Shown: one piece after another, positions 26,521 through 38,910 of the stretch
Position numbering within the stretch: the stretch's first letter is position 1
How the letters are laid out: every line of letters begins with the position of its first letter
Assembly (NCBI GenBank): GCA_964016885.1
Contig: OZ024745.1
Span: 77,562,001 to 77,626,000 of the forward strand
Length of the DNA stretch: 64,000 bases
Direction: 5' to 3'
Origin: Eledone cirrhosa
Taxonomy: Eukaryota
Notes under the pieces: model-generated
What the model saw: only the letters and a program-made list of their open reading frames with translations
The model's database searches: none
Told to the model about the DNA's origin: nothing
Program-made: the position numbers and the translations under genes

Positions 26521-27289
26521 GAACACTCAAGAATCAGGCGACGGCGTAGTAATTCACCCACACACGAACAGTTTATCTTATGAATCTGAATACGTTTTAC
26601 GTCTAACAAATTTTACTCACAAAGCCTTGGAAGACTCAAAATTATTATATAGACACTTACCCCAAACCTCGCAGTGGGCTTGATCACAAAAGCAAATAGA
26701 TGTAAATCGAACATCTTAACTTCACAGTCATAAATATATGTGTTCTAGTTCTGAATTACTTTCTGAAGCAGGCGATTAGTCTTTGAGATTCAGAGTTAGA
26801 TATTTTATATGTGGTAGATCTCCAGGATTGTATGTATACATTATATGCAATATTCTATTTGAGTAGTACCACATTAAAAAGATTAGCAACTAATTATATT
26901 AGGGTTCTTACAGTTCGACGAAACATTGATATTTTGAATAGAAAGAAAAGCCTGATGCGTATTTGAACTCATGAAGTATAATCTTATCTTGTAGGCAAAT
27001 AAATATCTTATACTTTCTGATATTTAGCATCTGCGATCCTAAAATAATCATGGAATTTTACCTAGATTAGATGAAGTGAAGATAAAGTAAAAAAAATTCC
27101 ATTAGAAAGCTTTTACCAATGATGTCAAGTACATCACCATTCCCTACATTTTCATACAAACTTAGTATGTTTGGGTATTTTCTCAGATAATCAAATTATA
27201 TAGTGTATGTTTTATTTTAAAACATGCAAGTGTCTTTTGTGGTTATGAAAACGGAAAAGGAAGGGAAAGACAAGGGCTCCAGGGTCGCA

Positions 27290-27650
27290 GAAGAATGGGA
27301 GGGGAAGTGGGAGGGTGATGGGTTCTATGCCTTGGGCACCGCGGAAGACAGTAAAAACCTTCCCGCGGACAATGGCTAGCAACATCTGCTGCAAAAGCCA
27401 CCCCACCTCGCGGGGCTCCCTCCTCCGACGGGCTGCTGACGATCCGATCTTACGAAGGAGCTCAGCAGTACTTGGTCCAAGTACGCCTGACGTTTCGACA
27501 GCGACCGGTGCGAAGAGTAAGCGGCCAGACAATCCCCGGTACTTGTTTGTTTTCATTTCCTCTGCATTGCAGGTCGCAGTACCGGGGTTTGAGACCGAAG
27601 CGACTAAGTTGGAGGCGGAGAACGTGTCAAAACATGTGGTAACCCAAATA
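27290..27650 (-). mobile_element. Second CRE-like retrotransposon 3' fragment
   Basis: LIWVTTCFDTFSASNL...EEMKTNKY...FAPVAVETSGVLGP...REVGWLLQQMLLAIVRGK; homologous to 22830-23367. Confidence 0.8.
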
Positions 27651-28749
27651 AGGTATCTATCTCTTTCGAATAAGAAGAGGGTATTTCCATATAGTTTCCC
27701 CATCAATCTACAGTCATACCCTTATATAGTACCTAACCTTACAATATCCATGGGATATATACCATAGCGTTTGCAATAACCTGGAAATATTGTAAAATCA
27801 ACCGAATATTTTGTGTATAAATAGAATTAATCATATTTTTATACTATTTTATCTCTTATGCAGATATTTATGTGGAAACACAATATATAAAATTAAAAAT
27901 TGTGCACGTATTACACACAGACATACATGTATACATATATTCATGCACACACGTGCACATACGTACACATACACATGTATATAGATCTGGGGAATTGTTA
28001 CACGACTGTATTCGAGTTTAATCTGTTTTAACATATATTTATGGTTCTTTCAATTCTTTCATTAGTTATTTATGTTTACTTTGAATCAACGTGACGATAG
28101 ATTACATACAAAACAAAAATATGGCGAATGAATGAAGTTATATTTCTGTAATCTATCAGTTAGGCTGATTCTTATTAATAAAGGTAGGTATCGTGGCCAA
28201 AATACGTGACAAATTAAAAATGCTTGGCAAATAATAACGGCAGTTGAAAGCAAAAATACACGGCCCAGAAGAATGATCGTCGTTGAGAAACAGCTACACT
28301 ATGACGTGTTCAAACCGTTGGTCCTGAGGTTGAGCCGGTATGTATGTGGCATCTGTCCCAGGAGAATTTTCTTCGATCGCGACAAGTAATGCTACGGAAA
28401 AGTAATACTACTGGTTGTTCTAATATCTAGAATTTTTTGGTTTTGTGTTAACTTCTGTTCGGATCCTCTGTAGAGCTATTTTCATTATAGCTTCTTGCTA
28501 AACCTACTTCTAGCTAGTGAATAGTTATAGTGAGAGATGGCACTGTTAAAGGAATCTGAAGGCAGATTAGGAAATCACAGAATCATTTCATCTTCTAGGG
28601 GGATTATTCCTGTAGGAATATAGTGTTATTTTTGATTTTCTGTAGAGGTTTTGTTTGTCTTTAAATGTGGTTATATCTTTAAGAAGGTAGAAATGATTAA
28701 AATGTTGCTAATAGTTATACTTAAATCAAATACCGTGAATATTTATATG

Positions 28750-29058
28750 CAGACCTGTCAACTCTCCCCGTCCCACGGGCAGACCTCCCACTCACTTTGG
28801 CGGATGGGGGTGAGTGATGTCTTCTCTTGTGAAAACGGGTATAGCTTTGAGTTCAAATCCCGCCGAGGTTGACTTTGCCTTTCATCCTTACGGGGTCGAT
28901 AAAATAAAGTACCAGTAATGCACTGATTAATTGCTGGCCTTGTGCCTAAAGTAGAAACAATTATGTAAAATCTCCCCATTTTGTCTCATTTCTCCCCGTT
29001 TTAGGGCACTTCTTTTCTACGTACTCCCCGTTTGGGTTTTTAGAGGTTGGCAAGTCTG
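28750..29058. mobile_element. MITE with nested 5'-truncated SINE (28849-28964)
   Basis: TIRs cagacctgtcaactc / gaggttggcaagtctg; tatatg on both flanks; a SINE-free copy lies at 44016-44211 in the opposite orientation. Confidence 0.8.
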
Positions 29059-29140
29059 TATATGTAACTTATGAAATCTAACCCTGGCGTAGTCATTCAT
29101 GTTATATGTAAACACGTATATATTTAAAGGTATAAACGTG

Positions 29141-29191
29141 TTATCTCCATATTTCTTCGAAATTCGGGTCAAGCTGTTCATCCTTTTCAGT
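29141..29191 (-). CDS. Candidate terminal coding exon of an unidentified host gene (TEKDEQLDPNFEEIWR*)
   Basis: Acceptor tatttctctgtag; phase 0 fits the candidate exon at 41408-41530; no homology recognised. Confidence 0.3.
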   Translation of the reverse strand, partial: TEKDEQLDPNFEEIWR

Positions 29192-29954
29192 CTACAGAGA
29201 AATACATAGATAAGACATGTGTACATGTTTAGATATAAAATGCGTGTGTGTTTTTGCATAAACATTTCTCGCAGCTTCTGTTTAAACCTGTACTGTTTGT
29301 GTACAGATATGAACTTATATAAGTAAATATGCACGTATGACTATAAATATAATTAATATCTAGGATCTAATACACCTACACACTTAAATACAAACACGTA
29401 CGCACACACACATATATATGCATATATATGCATACATATGTGTGTGCTTTTGTATATATAAGTATATACATTTATCTGCATACAGGAATATAAGTACATA
29501 TAATTAGATACATACTTACATACATATACATATTTTCCGTAGCGAGAGCTTATAATGAAAATCTTAAAAAGAAACAACAGCAACAACAACACTTATAGAA
29601 CACTTACTTAACAGCATTGTTTGGAAAAGACTGCTACAAGAAAAAGAAATGACTCACTTTAACTATGGAATAAGTCATCGCAGAAACAATGGGACTAGCC
29701 TTTACCATATTTCACTGACAATTAATTGTTAACTACTAGTGAAATGGCTCATTCTTACTCATTTCTACTCCTCCCCATTCGTTCCCTCCCACGTCCGACA
29801 AAAAATATATAGGAAAACACAAATACATAAAATGCACGAGCGTAAATACACAAACATACCACCACACATGCACGAACGCATACGTAAACAAAACATTGGA
29901 ATTCATTTGCTTGATGCTAAACGTACATCTCTGTTTTTGTCACACAACATCTCG

Positions 29955-30110
29955 AGTTGACAGAATCGTTAAGACATCGGATAGAAGGCTTTGCGTCATT
30001 CGTCCACCTCATTGCGAGCTCTCAGTTCAAATCCCCCCCGTAGTTAGCTTTGCCTTTCATCATTCCGAGGTCGAATAAAAAAAGTACAGGTCCAGTACTG
30101 GGGTCGATTT
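29955..30110 (+). mobile_element. Diverged SINE family 1 copy
   Basis: cagttcaaatcc...ctttgcctttcatcattccgaggtcgaataaaaaaagtac. Confidence 0.7.
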
Positions 30111-30129
30111 TGCCTCTATAGAAAAATCG

Positions 30130-30663
30130 GCTGTGTTCAGACCTGGTGAGGGTTGAGCTCCACTAGGTTTAAAAGTGCCCTAGACACGCCGATCTTTATA
30201 CCTCTACAACTCCACAAGGTGTTATGGGATCTTTATCCTCGTACATCTCATAATGCAGAAGTACACAACATTTCATTTTGAAGTACACTGCACTTCTTTT
30301 TTGAAGAAAATCTATTTATGTTTCATCCCTTCCTGCATTACCATTTGCAGAAATTCTCTCTATATATTAGGACCAGTTTCCAGTCGAAACATGTATTATT
30401 ATCTATTTATGTCCTTGCTCTGCTGTCCTAGTTGAAAGACACTCCATTGTTTTCCTCTGTCTCTATGGTGTTTTGATATCTCATATGCATCTCTCTGGTG
30501 GCATGTCCAAGCAGTCGTTCAACCTGGAGCTGATATTATGCCATCCCACTCTTAAATAGCATTTTGCCACGGTTTGGCCGAAGGGGAAGATATATGCTTT
30601 TGCTCGTTCGTACCACGTGTTTCGTATTTCTGTGTGAACAATTGTTCTCCCCCCGCCCTCTCG

Positions 30664-30726
<63 letters not shown>

Positions 30727-31190
30727 TCCTGGGAGGGTCGTGGCAGCCACGACATTTTAACCACATGCCCTTAATATTTGAGCTGTGATCTCTCAATTCG
30801 GAGAAGTAGCGGTTCTACCTGGAGCGACACTCTGTTCTCCGAGCTACGCACTCTATTGAGTAACGTTACTCGAAAGACCCTTCATAATAATTCAATTTCG
30901 GACGCTTGTATTCGCGATCGTATACTTTCGGTTATTACCAAAGATTCAGGACCATAGGTATGTGTTGGCATGAATACAGAATTGAAGATAGCGAGTTTGG
31001 CTTTTATACCTACCATCCTTCTTCTTTGCATTAACGTTTTAGCTCCAACAATTCTTGCAATTAATTCAGCCTCCTTCCTAACATCACTTGTGAACAAAGC
31101 CCGAAATACTTGAACTTCCCTTCCTGCTTCAGTGGAACTCTACTCACATGTAGAGTGCACTGCGCAGACTTCCTTGAGAGGACGAGTGTT
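30130..31190 (-). mobile_element. Expander/RTE-1-like LINE, C-terminal RT region, decayed, with internal (CT)n
   Basis: LKQEGKFKYFG, AKLAIFNSVFMPTHTYGPESLVITESIRSRIQASEIELL; frameshifted. Confidence 0.75.
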
Positions 31191-31199
31191 TCAGAACAG

Positions 31200-31545
31200 A
31201 TCTCTTGGTTGGCAATAGGCCGATGGCCTGTTCTGGCAGGCGTGGAATGGGTGCCCAAAGGTTGCGTATTCTGAAACTCCAAAGAGGGTTCGGGAGTGAG
31301 CAAACCGTAACTATTGGAACATGGAACATCACAACCCTTACAGGTAAGGAGCAGAAACTAGTGAGGAAGGCCAGATACTGCCGGCTAGATATAGTTATCA
31401 TTTCCTCAACAAAATTCCGTGGCTCTGCTACTGTAAGTGTGGATTGAGGATGGAAAATCCACTATTCAGGAGTGGCGTCAAATATGACTGCACAGGTGGG
31501 TTGGTGATACTCACAAGTCCCCGGGTGTCAGAGACTATACAAAAT
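31200..31545 (+). mobile_element. Expander/RTE-1-like LINE, N-terminal AP endonuclease fragment
   Basis: TIGTWNITTLTGKEQKLV..ARYCRLDIVIISSTKFRGS...GWKIHYSGV. Confidence 0.8.
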
Positions 31546-31970
31546 AGATCTCAATCAGGGCTAAACAATTCAACATAACATCAAATGACATATCACGTGA
31601 ATGTAATAACAAGGAGCCATCTACTACACCGTTACTGCCATCACCAGAACAGTGAAACAAATATAATCACACAAAATTAACAACTGTTAGCACAATCACA
31701 ACTATCATTACAATAACATCTACTAAAACTATTTTCACTACCACAATACAGACCACTACTTTTCCATCAAATTACTGTATTACTGTCACTGCTACAGCAA
31801 CAACCACAACAACAACAACAATCATCACTGCCAAAGCAATACATCGTATCATAGTAACAGACACTACCATCAACCTCAACCATTTGTACCATAGTTACGA
31901 TCGGTGTTGATTTAATCGACTTTCTCCTCCCCACAAAATTGTTGGCCTTGTGCCTAAATCAGAAATCATA

Positions 31971-32152
31971 TTGGCAGTATCGATAGAGGGTTGGACGCCA
32001 TGCTTTCTAGCATAGTTACGTCCCTTTACGGTCTGAGTTCAAATCCCGCCGAGGTTAACGTTACCTTTCATTCTTACGGGGTCGATAAAATAAAGTACCA
32101 GTAATGTACTGGGTAATTTGCTGGCCTTGTGCCAAAAGTAGAAACAATTATT
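31971..32152 (+). mobile_element. SINE family 1 copy, preceded by a 3' fragment (~31905-31970)
   Basis: Near identical to the copies at 24383-24772. Confidence 0.9.
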
Positions 32153-32660
32153 ACTATCACTACCATTATACCTCCACCACCACCACAACACCAACATAAC
32201 TACCTCCACCATCTACACAACTACCTCCACCATCTACACAACTACCACCATTATCACTATCACAACCGCCGCCACCATTGCCACAACCACCCCACCCTCA
32301 CCCTCACCACCATCACTACCATTCAACCATCTATATAACCACCACCACCACCACCACCACCTTCACCATCATCATCACTATCCCTATCACAATCGCCGCC
32401 ACAACTGCTACAACCATCCCCACCCTCAACACCATTACTACCTCCACCATCTACATAACCACCACCACCACCTTCATCATCACCACCACTATCCCTATCA
32501 CAACCGCCGCCACCGACACCGCCACCACCACCACCACCACCACCACCGCGACCACCGCCGCCACCACCACCACTACCACTACTACTACTATCGTTATCGC
32601 CACCAATACTATAACTATCACTATTACATTCGCATTCACAACCCGCACCATAACAACTAG
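32153..32660. repeat. Degenerate (ACC)/(ACT) trinucleotide repeat
   Basis: Direct reading. Confidence 0.9.
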
Positions 32661-32852
32661 AAACTAAAAGAATAAATGGATAGAGAAAGCAATTAGGAAA
32701 ATAAATAAACAAGGAAGTGTAGAAAACAGATTTCTTTTAAATGATTTTTCTTTCAACGTCTCTACACCGACGTCTATTAATAACCTCTTGAATAAGTTTC
32801 ATTGAATATTTTCACATTAGTTCAGCATATTGTTTGTATTGCATATTGAGAC

Positions 32853-32927
<75 letters not shown>

Positions 32928-32931
<4 letters not shown>

Positions 32932-33409
32932 AGAGTTAAACAAGATTCAATGAGTATACCAAAGAATGAGTTTTACAGTAGATTGGAAGCACTCAACAAA
33001 AAAAAATAATTTTCCAGAGTTATTAATATTAAAATACAAATATTAATAAAATAGATGTTCTTTTGATCAATTAAATTTTATTATACATATTTCAGAGGTA
33101 CAACAGTACGTCCTCATCAGACAAAATATTATTGTTTCTACTTTAGGCACAAGGCCAGCAATTACCCAGTACATTACTGGTACTTTATTTTATCAGACAA
33201 AATATAATGATACATGACATACCCTGAGATGTTAAATGGTTAAGATTTAATCAAGGTAGGCACTACCTTGATTAAATCTTAACCATTTAACATCTCAGGG
33301 TATGTCATGTATCATTATATTTTGTCTGATGAGGACGTACTGTTGTACCTCTGAAATATGTATAATAAAATTTAATTGATCAAAAGAACATCTATTTTAT
33401 TAATATTTG

Positions 33410-33415
<6 letters not shown>
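32928..33415. mobile_element. Penelope-type pLTR fold-back with hammerheads on both arms and a SINE fragment inserted in the left arm
   Basis: Essentially perfect palindrome centred at ~33260; SINE 3' piece 33130-33191 (-) with TSD atcagacaaaatat (33116-33129, 33192-33205); (TA)n on both sides. Confidence 0.85.
33319..33371 (+). ncRNA. Type I hammerhead ribozyme motif
   Basis: attttgt CTGATGA ggac gtac tgtt gtac ctct GAAA tatgta TA ataaaat. Confidence 0.8.
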
Positions 33416-33448
<33 letters not shown>

Positions 33449-33564
33449 GTTCCTGTCTGTCTGTTTATTTGTTTACGAACTCCTCCTATGGTTTTGGAGA
33501 TTTCGCCATATAGTTGCAAGAAGAAATGACTCTGAAGAAGAAAGACAACAGCGTTTGATTGCTG

Positions 33565-33658
<94 letters not shown>

Positions 33659-33709
33659 GTGTGCGTGTGTGTGTAATGTACGAAGCCGAATTTTGAAGCA
33701 CTGAGAATT

Positions 33710-33754
<45 letters not shown>

Positions 33755-33759
<5 letters not shown>

Positions 33760-33981
33760 TATAAAGAAAGAGCTCAAGCGCAGAAATGCTATAAAGATAT
33801 CTTATAAGATAGGGTGAAGACCATTAAAAGACGGAAAAAGAATTTCCCAACGACCACTATGAGGAATTTACACCATATCTTCCAGATACTAGCTAGACAC
33901 TTTAACCTTTAAGCTAAAGGATAAAGCGTCTAGCCGGTATCTTTATAGAATTTCTGCACTTGAGCTCCTTCTTTATACTTA
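33755..33981. repeat. Nested inverted-repeat module between (TA)n and (CA)n
   Basis: ~44-bp outer inverted repeat taagtataaagaaagagctcaag.../...cttgagctccttctttatactta plus inner hairpin 33884-33942. Confidence 0.7.
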
Positions 33982-34042
33982 CACACACAAGTATATATAC
34001 GTACACACATATACTATATATACTTACACACACATATATATA

Positions 34043-35268
34043 CGAGGGGGCTCCAAAATGTTCGTGGAAAAAAGGCAGTTGAAAAAAAACGGTTTAAGTT
34101 ATGATGCTTATTTTTCAACATATGCTCCATCTAGGTCAATACATTTCTGAAAGCGTTGATACCAGCCTTTAAGTCCATCTGTGTAAAACTGAGGGCCATG
34201 TAATTGAAACCCTGTCAAAGCAGCTTTTTTTACATCTTCAACTAATGGAAATGGTTACTTTTCTATGATCTTTTCAGGTTTGAAAACAAAGTCGAATGGG
34301 GCTAAATTGGGAATGTAAGGTGTGTGTCGGATGATTTTTTCATCGAAATTCGTGTTATATAGCTCGTGTCTGTCAAGGGCCATGAGCGGGCGCATTGTCA
34401 TGGTGGAGGAAGACACGCCGGTGTAGCTCCCCAGGCGTTTTCCTGCGAATTTCTTAGCCCGTATTCTCAAAACGCCTACATAACATGCAGCTGTAATTGT
34501 TCTCTTGTTTTCGAGGAAGTCAACCAGCAAAAGGCTCTCTGCATCTCAGAAAACAGTGGCCATGAATTTCACTCATGGACGCTCCGACTTTGCTTTGATT
34601 GGCGCAATTCCACCCCTGGGGAGCCACTGCTTCGATTGAATTTTGTCCTCGGGATCATACTGGTAGAGCCATGTTTCATCCTCAGTAACAATTCTCTGCA
34701 GAAAAGCTTCAGGGTCTTCATCCCACTTGTTCAAAATTTCCATCGAAAGATTTGCTTCTGTTTGTTGCTGATCTGGGCGCAACAGCTTTGGGACCCATCG
34801 AGCGGAAAGCTTGCTCAACCCTAAACTCTCCACCAGAATTGCGTGTGCAGAACCCCAGGAGATGTGGAGTGTGTCGGCTACTGATTCAGAGGTTATTTGC
34901 CTAACCTTTTCAATTAGGTCGCGAACTGCATCGATCTTTACTACACAGACTGACGTGGATGGCCTGCTACTGCGGGGATCATCTTCAACCTCATTTCTTC
35001 CACTTCTAAAACGACTTATCCATTTGTAGGTTGTTGATTTCCTTAGAACATAGTCCGCATATAAGTACTCCAGACCGTGATTTCGCTACTCTTCAACTAT
35101 AATTTCACTATGAATTCGATGTTTGTCCTGGCCTCAATTTTGATGGATGTCATGTTGCTCGAGCTGGTGCTGACTTCCGAATGGCGCCGCCGCATTGCAA
35201 CATGTATTTAAAGGTTTATGTATGTTAGAACATGTATGTTTATGTATGTTAGAACATGACACCTTAGT
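34043..35268 (-). mobile_element. Mariner DNA transposon, irritans/Hsmar2-like; transposase pseudogene 35153->34108
   Basis: MTSIKIEARTNIEF start, WVPKLL, IVTEDETW, HDNAPAH, HTPYIPNLAPFDF, KCIDLDGAYVEK* end; TA + cgagggggctccaaaatgttcgtggaaa TIR on the left, right TIR decayed; frameshifts. Confidence 0.93.
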
Positions 35269-35280
35269 ACGAGAACGTAC

Positions 35281-35312
<32 letters not shown>

Positions 35313-35385
35313 TATACATATATATTAAGTGTTTCCGTAGGAAAGGTAAAGGAAAGGAGAGTGCTCTATGTAGGCTACAGAGCTA

Positions 35386-35551
35386 TTTAGTTATGTAATA
35401 AACAACATAAGACAATTATTCCATTTACCAGAGGTTTCACGAAGACAGTCGTCTGAAATCGTTCCGAACAATTTCAGACGTCTGCGTCGAGCTTGTCTGT
35501 CTTCGTGAAACCTTTGGTAAATGGAATAATTGTCTTATGTTGTTTATTACA

Positions 35552-35557
<6 letters not shown>
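35386..35557. repeat. Fold-back with ~63-bp arms, probable truncated pLTR
   Basis: agttatgtaataaacaacataagacaattattccatttaccagaggtttcacgaagacag and its reverse complement; GAAA cctttgg TA half-motif only. Confidence 0.7.
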
Positions 35558-35611
<54 letters not shown>

Positions 35612-35621
35612 TATATATATA

Positions 35622-36082
35622 AATTTCGTATTTCTAAAGATACACGGTATGTTTACAGGAAACATTTAGGAAGCCGTAGCTATGCAAACACCGGGGCTAT
35701 CGCCCTCTGGTGGTGTCCAGCAAAAGCAAGGGGGACAACCGTTTATGCATTTTAGGCTTGATTGTCCTTCTTCAGGACGGCACCTCCCACCGCTTGCAAC
35801 AGCTGGACTAGAGAACAGTAAATATGTATAGAAATATCGTATTTCTAAAGAAACACGGTATGTTTACAGGAAGAGAAAACTATATATTCTCGATTGTTCT
35901 CAAATCCAGCAGTTGCAAGCGGTAGGAGGGACCGTCCTGATGAAGGCCAGTCAAGCCTGTAATACATAGACGGTTGTCCCCCTTGCTTCTGCTGGATACC
36001 ACCAGAGGGCGCTATCCCGGGTGTTTGTATAGCTACGGCTTCCTAAATGTTTCCTGTAAACACAAAATTTCTATACGTATTT
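35622..36082. mobile_element. pLTR/retrozyme-like fold-back with two decayed hammerheads (35738-35780 minus, 35931-35974 plus)
   Basis: Plus copy accgtc CTGATGA aggc cagtcaa gcct GTAA taca TA gacggt; minus copy ccgtc CTGAAGA...AAAA tgca TA; a ~45-nt direct repeat at 35627 and 35837 gives a unit of ~210 nt. Confidence 0.75.
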
Positions 36083-36120
36083 GTATACAACTATGCTTGA
36101 AGCGAAATCCTATTTCTATA

Positions 36121-36177
<57 letters not shown>

Positions 36178-36278
36178 ACCAAAGATTAATATGGTTCGTT
36201 GATTACTCAACGAATACAATATTACAATAGATTAGAAGCACTCAACAGATGATTTTCCTGGAGTTTTTCATATTATTC

Positions 36279-36522
36279 AAAATGTTAATAAATGAAAAAT
36301 ATTCTCATAATCAAAATATATATTTTATTATACATATTTCAAAGGTACAATGGTGTTTAAGTACGTTTTCATCAGATAATCAAAACCGTAGCGGTATGTC
36401 ACATATCAAATCATATATTTTGTCTGATGAAAACGTACTTAAACACCATTGTACCTTTGAAATATGTATAATAAAATATATATTTTGATTATGAGAATAT
36501 TTTTCATTTATTAACATTTTTA
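36279..36522. mobile_element. pLTR fold-back with hammerheads (36414-36480 plus, ~36318-36378 minus)
   Basis: tatattttgt CTGATGA aaac gtac...gtac cttt GAAA tatgta TA ataaaatata; ~95-bp inverted arms. Confidence 0.82.
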
Positions 36523-36544
36523 ATAACATATATATATATATATA

Positions 36545-37985
36545 TTAAAGTGTTAAACAATATTCAATGAGTATGTCAAAGAATGAGTTTTACAGTAGAT
36601 TGGAAGCACTCTACGGTTAAAAAATAATTTTCTGGAGTTATTAACATTAAAATATAAATATTAATAAAATAGATGTCCTTTTGATCAATTACATTTTATT
36701 ATACATATTTCTGATGTACAACAGTACGTCCTCATCAGACAAAATATAATGATACATGACATACCCTGAGATGTTAAATGGTTAAGATTTAATCAAGGTA
36801 GTGATTAACTTAAAAGAAGATTTAACATATATATCCTAATTATGAGAAAATGCGAAAACGTAATAAATTCATTAGAGAATGTGTGAGTAAGAAAAACGTT
36901 GCTTAATGTAACTGTTCTAGAGATTTTAAAATGTATGATACTACGATATATCTAGGAAAACATCTCATGAATCATAACAGCCAGTGATAGCCACTGGAAA
37001 AGGATTTATAAAGAGGGAAAGATAAGGGGGGGGGGGTGATATATACAGAAGGAGATTTTTTCCGAAAGTTAAACGGTTAAATTTGAAAATATTTAATTTA
37101 TAATATTAGGGTGAAGACTCAAGATTTCAGGATTTTTTGCTGGTTATTTATATATTATTTTTATAAATTCAATAAGTGTGTTATCATTTCTAAGCTTCTG
37201 AGTTTTATGAGGGTAACATTTAGAGGATTTAGCTGGCACATAAAGAATGAAATATTATACTGTTGATTATTTACCTCAATTTAAATTTAAACTTTAACAA
37301 AGATACCAACATATTAGGTATGTAAAGCTTTTGAAGTACTTATTGTTATAAATATTTAAATAACGATTATGTATATAGATATATATTAATGAGCCAGTAT
37401 ATTTTAGGTAAATAATAACGACGAAGATAAAAATAAAATGAGATTGAGGCATGTTAAGGTTAAATATACACCTATGTATAATTGGGTGTAAATGTATTAA
37501 TTATTATTTAACAAAGATACCAACATATTAGGTATGTAAAGCTTCTGAAGTATTTATTATTAGAAATATTTAAATAACGATTATGTATATAGATATATAT
37601 TATTGATCCAGTATATTTTAGGTAAATGATAACGAAAATAAAAACTAATATATAAATAACCAGCAAATAATCCTGAAATCAGATAAAATAAAATGATACA
37701 TGACATACCCTGACATGTTAGATGGTTAATATTAAATCTTAACCATCTAACATGTCAGCGTATGTCATGTATCATTTTATTTTATCTGATGAGGACGTAC
37801 TGTTGAACCTGATTCAAGTACCTCTGAAATATGTATAATAAAATTTAATTGATCACAAGAATATCTATTTTGTTAATATTTGAATTTAATATTAATAACT
37901 CTGGAAAATATTTTTACTGTAGAGTGCTTCCAATCTACTGTAAAACTCATTCTTTGATTCATTGAATCTTGTTTAACTCTTTAAT
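36545..37985. mobile_element. Penelope-like 3' UTR remnant with inverted pLTRs; hammerheads at 36693-36745 (-) and 37779-37844 (+)
   Basis: Same family as 32928-33415; internal ~125-nt direct duplication (37294-37420 vs 37508-37635); hairpin 37678-37790; (TA)n flanks. Confidence 0.8.
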
Positions 37986-38051
37986 ATATATATATATATA
38001 TATACATATATATATTTATATATATATATTTATATATATATATATTTATAC

Positions 38052-38390
38052 GATATTAATAAATGGAAACTATATTTATAAAACCATATTTATTTCATTA
38101 TACATATTTCAGGGATACCAAATTAAATTACAAAAACAATGGTTGCATTTTAATAGGGTACGTCAAAGCTTATTTGTAAAACTGTTACATATTGTATTTT
38201 GTCTGATGAAGGCATACCATAATTTAATTTGGTATCCCTGAAATATGTATAATGAAATAAATATGGTTTTATAAATATAGTTTCCATTTATTAATATAGT
38301 ATATCTACTCCAAATACTTGTCGAGTGCTTTATATCAGTTCTAAAAATATTTACTTGTTGTATCCCAACAATTTTAAATAGAACTTTTGC
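38052..38390 (+). mobile_element. pLTR fold-back with hammerhead at 38195-38259
   Basis: tattttgt CTGATGA aggc atacca taatttaatt tggtat ccct GAAA tatgta TA atgaaata; ~78-bp inverted arm. Confidence 0.82.
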
Positions 38391-38397
38391 ATATATA

Positions 38398-38462
<65 letters not shown>

Positions 38463-38544
38463 GTATGTATATGCAAGATATTTGTAGATGAAAGATCAAG
38501 GAAAAAAATTTTCAATCTATTGCAAGAGAGTTTATTTAATATAA

Positions 38545-38740
38545 ATAATGTTTCATACATTTAACAAGTATGTACGACCATTGATTTCGCGGTCCAGTTA
38601 TGCCTACCACTGTATACTGGAGGGGGCTTCCCAATTTGCCCCCTCATCGGTAACGCGGACGGATATACAGTGGTGGCCATAACTGGACCCCGAATCCAAT
38701 TGTCACACATACATGTTAAGTGTATGAAACATTATGTATA

Positions 38741-38742
<2 letters not shown>
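38545..38742. repeat. Diverged inverted-repeat module
   Basis: ataatgtttcatacatttaaca...ggtccagttatgcctaccactgtata pairs with tatacagtggtggccataactggacc...tgttaagtgtatgaaacattat; the end recurs inverted at ~40114-40157. Confidence 0.65.
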
Positions 38743-38794
<52 letters not shown>

Positions 38795-38910
38795 CGAGGG
38801 AAATGTGGTAAGGAACCAGGTGGATCATAACGCACCAAAGTACTCAATACTTAGGGTAGTAGAGTGGGTAATAGGAACCAGTGAGACCCCGACCTGGTTC
38901 CTATATATAT

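Noticed and set aside
28294-28391. Minus-strand acceptor ttttccgtag followed by LLVAIEENSPGTDATYIPAQPQDQRFEHVIV*
   Set aside because: All three frames give short plausible peptides and it cannot be linked unambiguously to the other candidate exons.
32129-32712. Thr-rich mucin-like and Gly-rich ORFs
   Set aside because: Low-complexity trinucleotide repeat adjoining a SINE.
38670-38910. N-terminal part of the 217-aa ORF
   Set aside because: It runs through a fold-back, (TA)n and a separate repeat; only the part from ~38911 is transposon protein.
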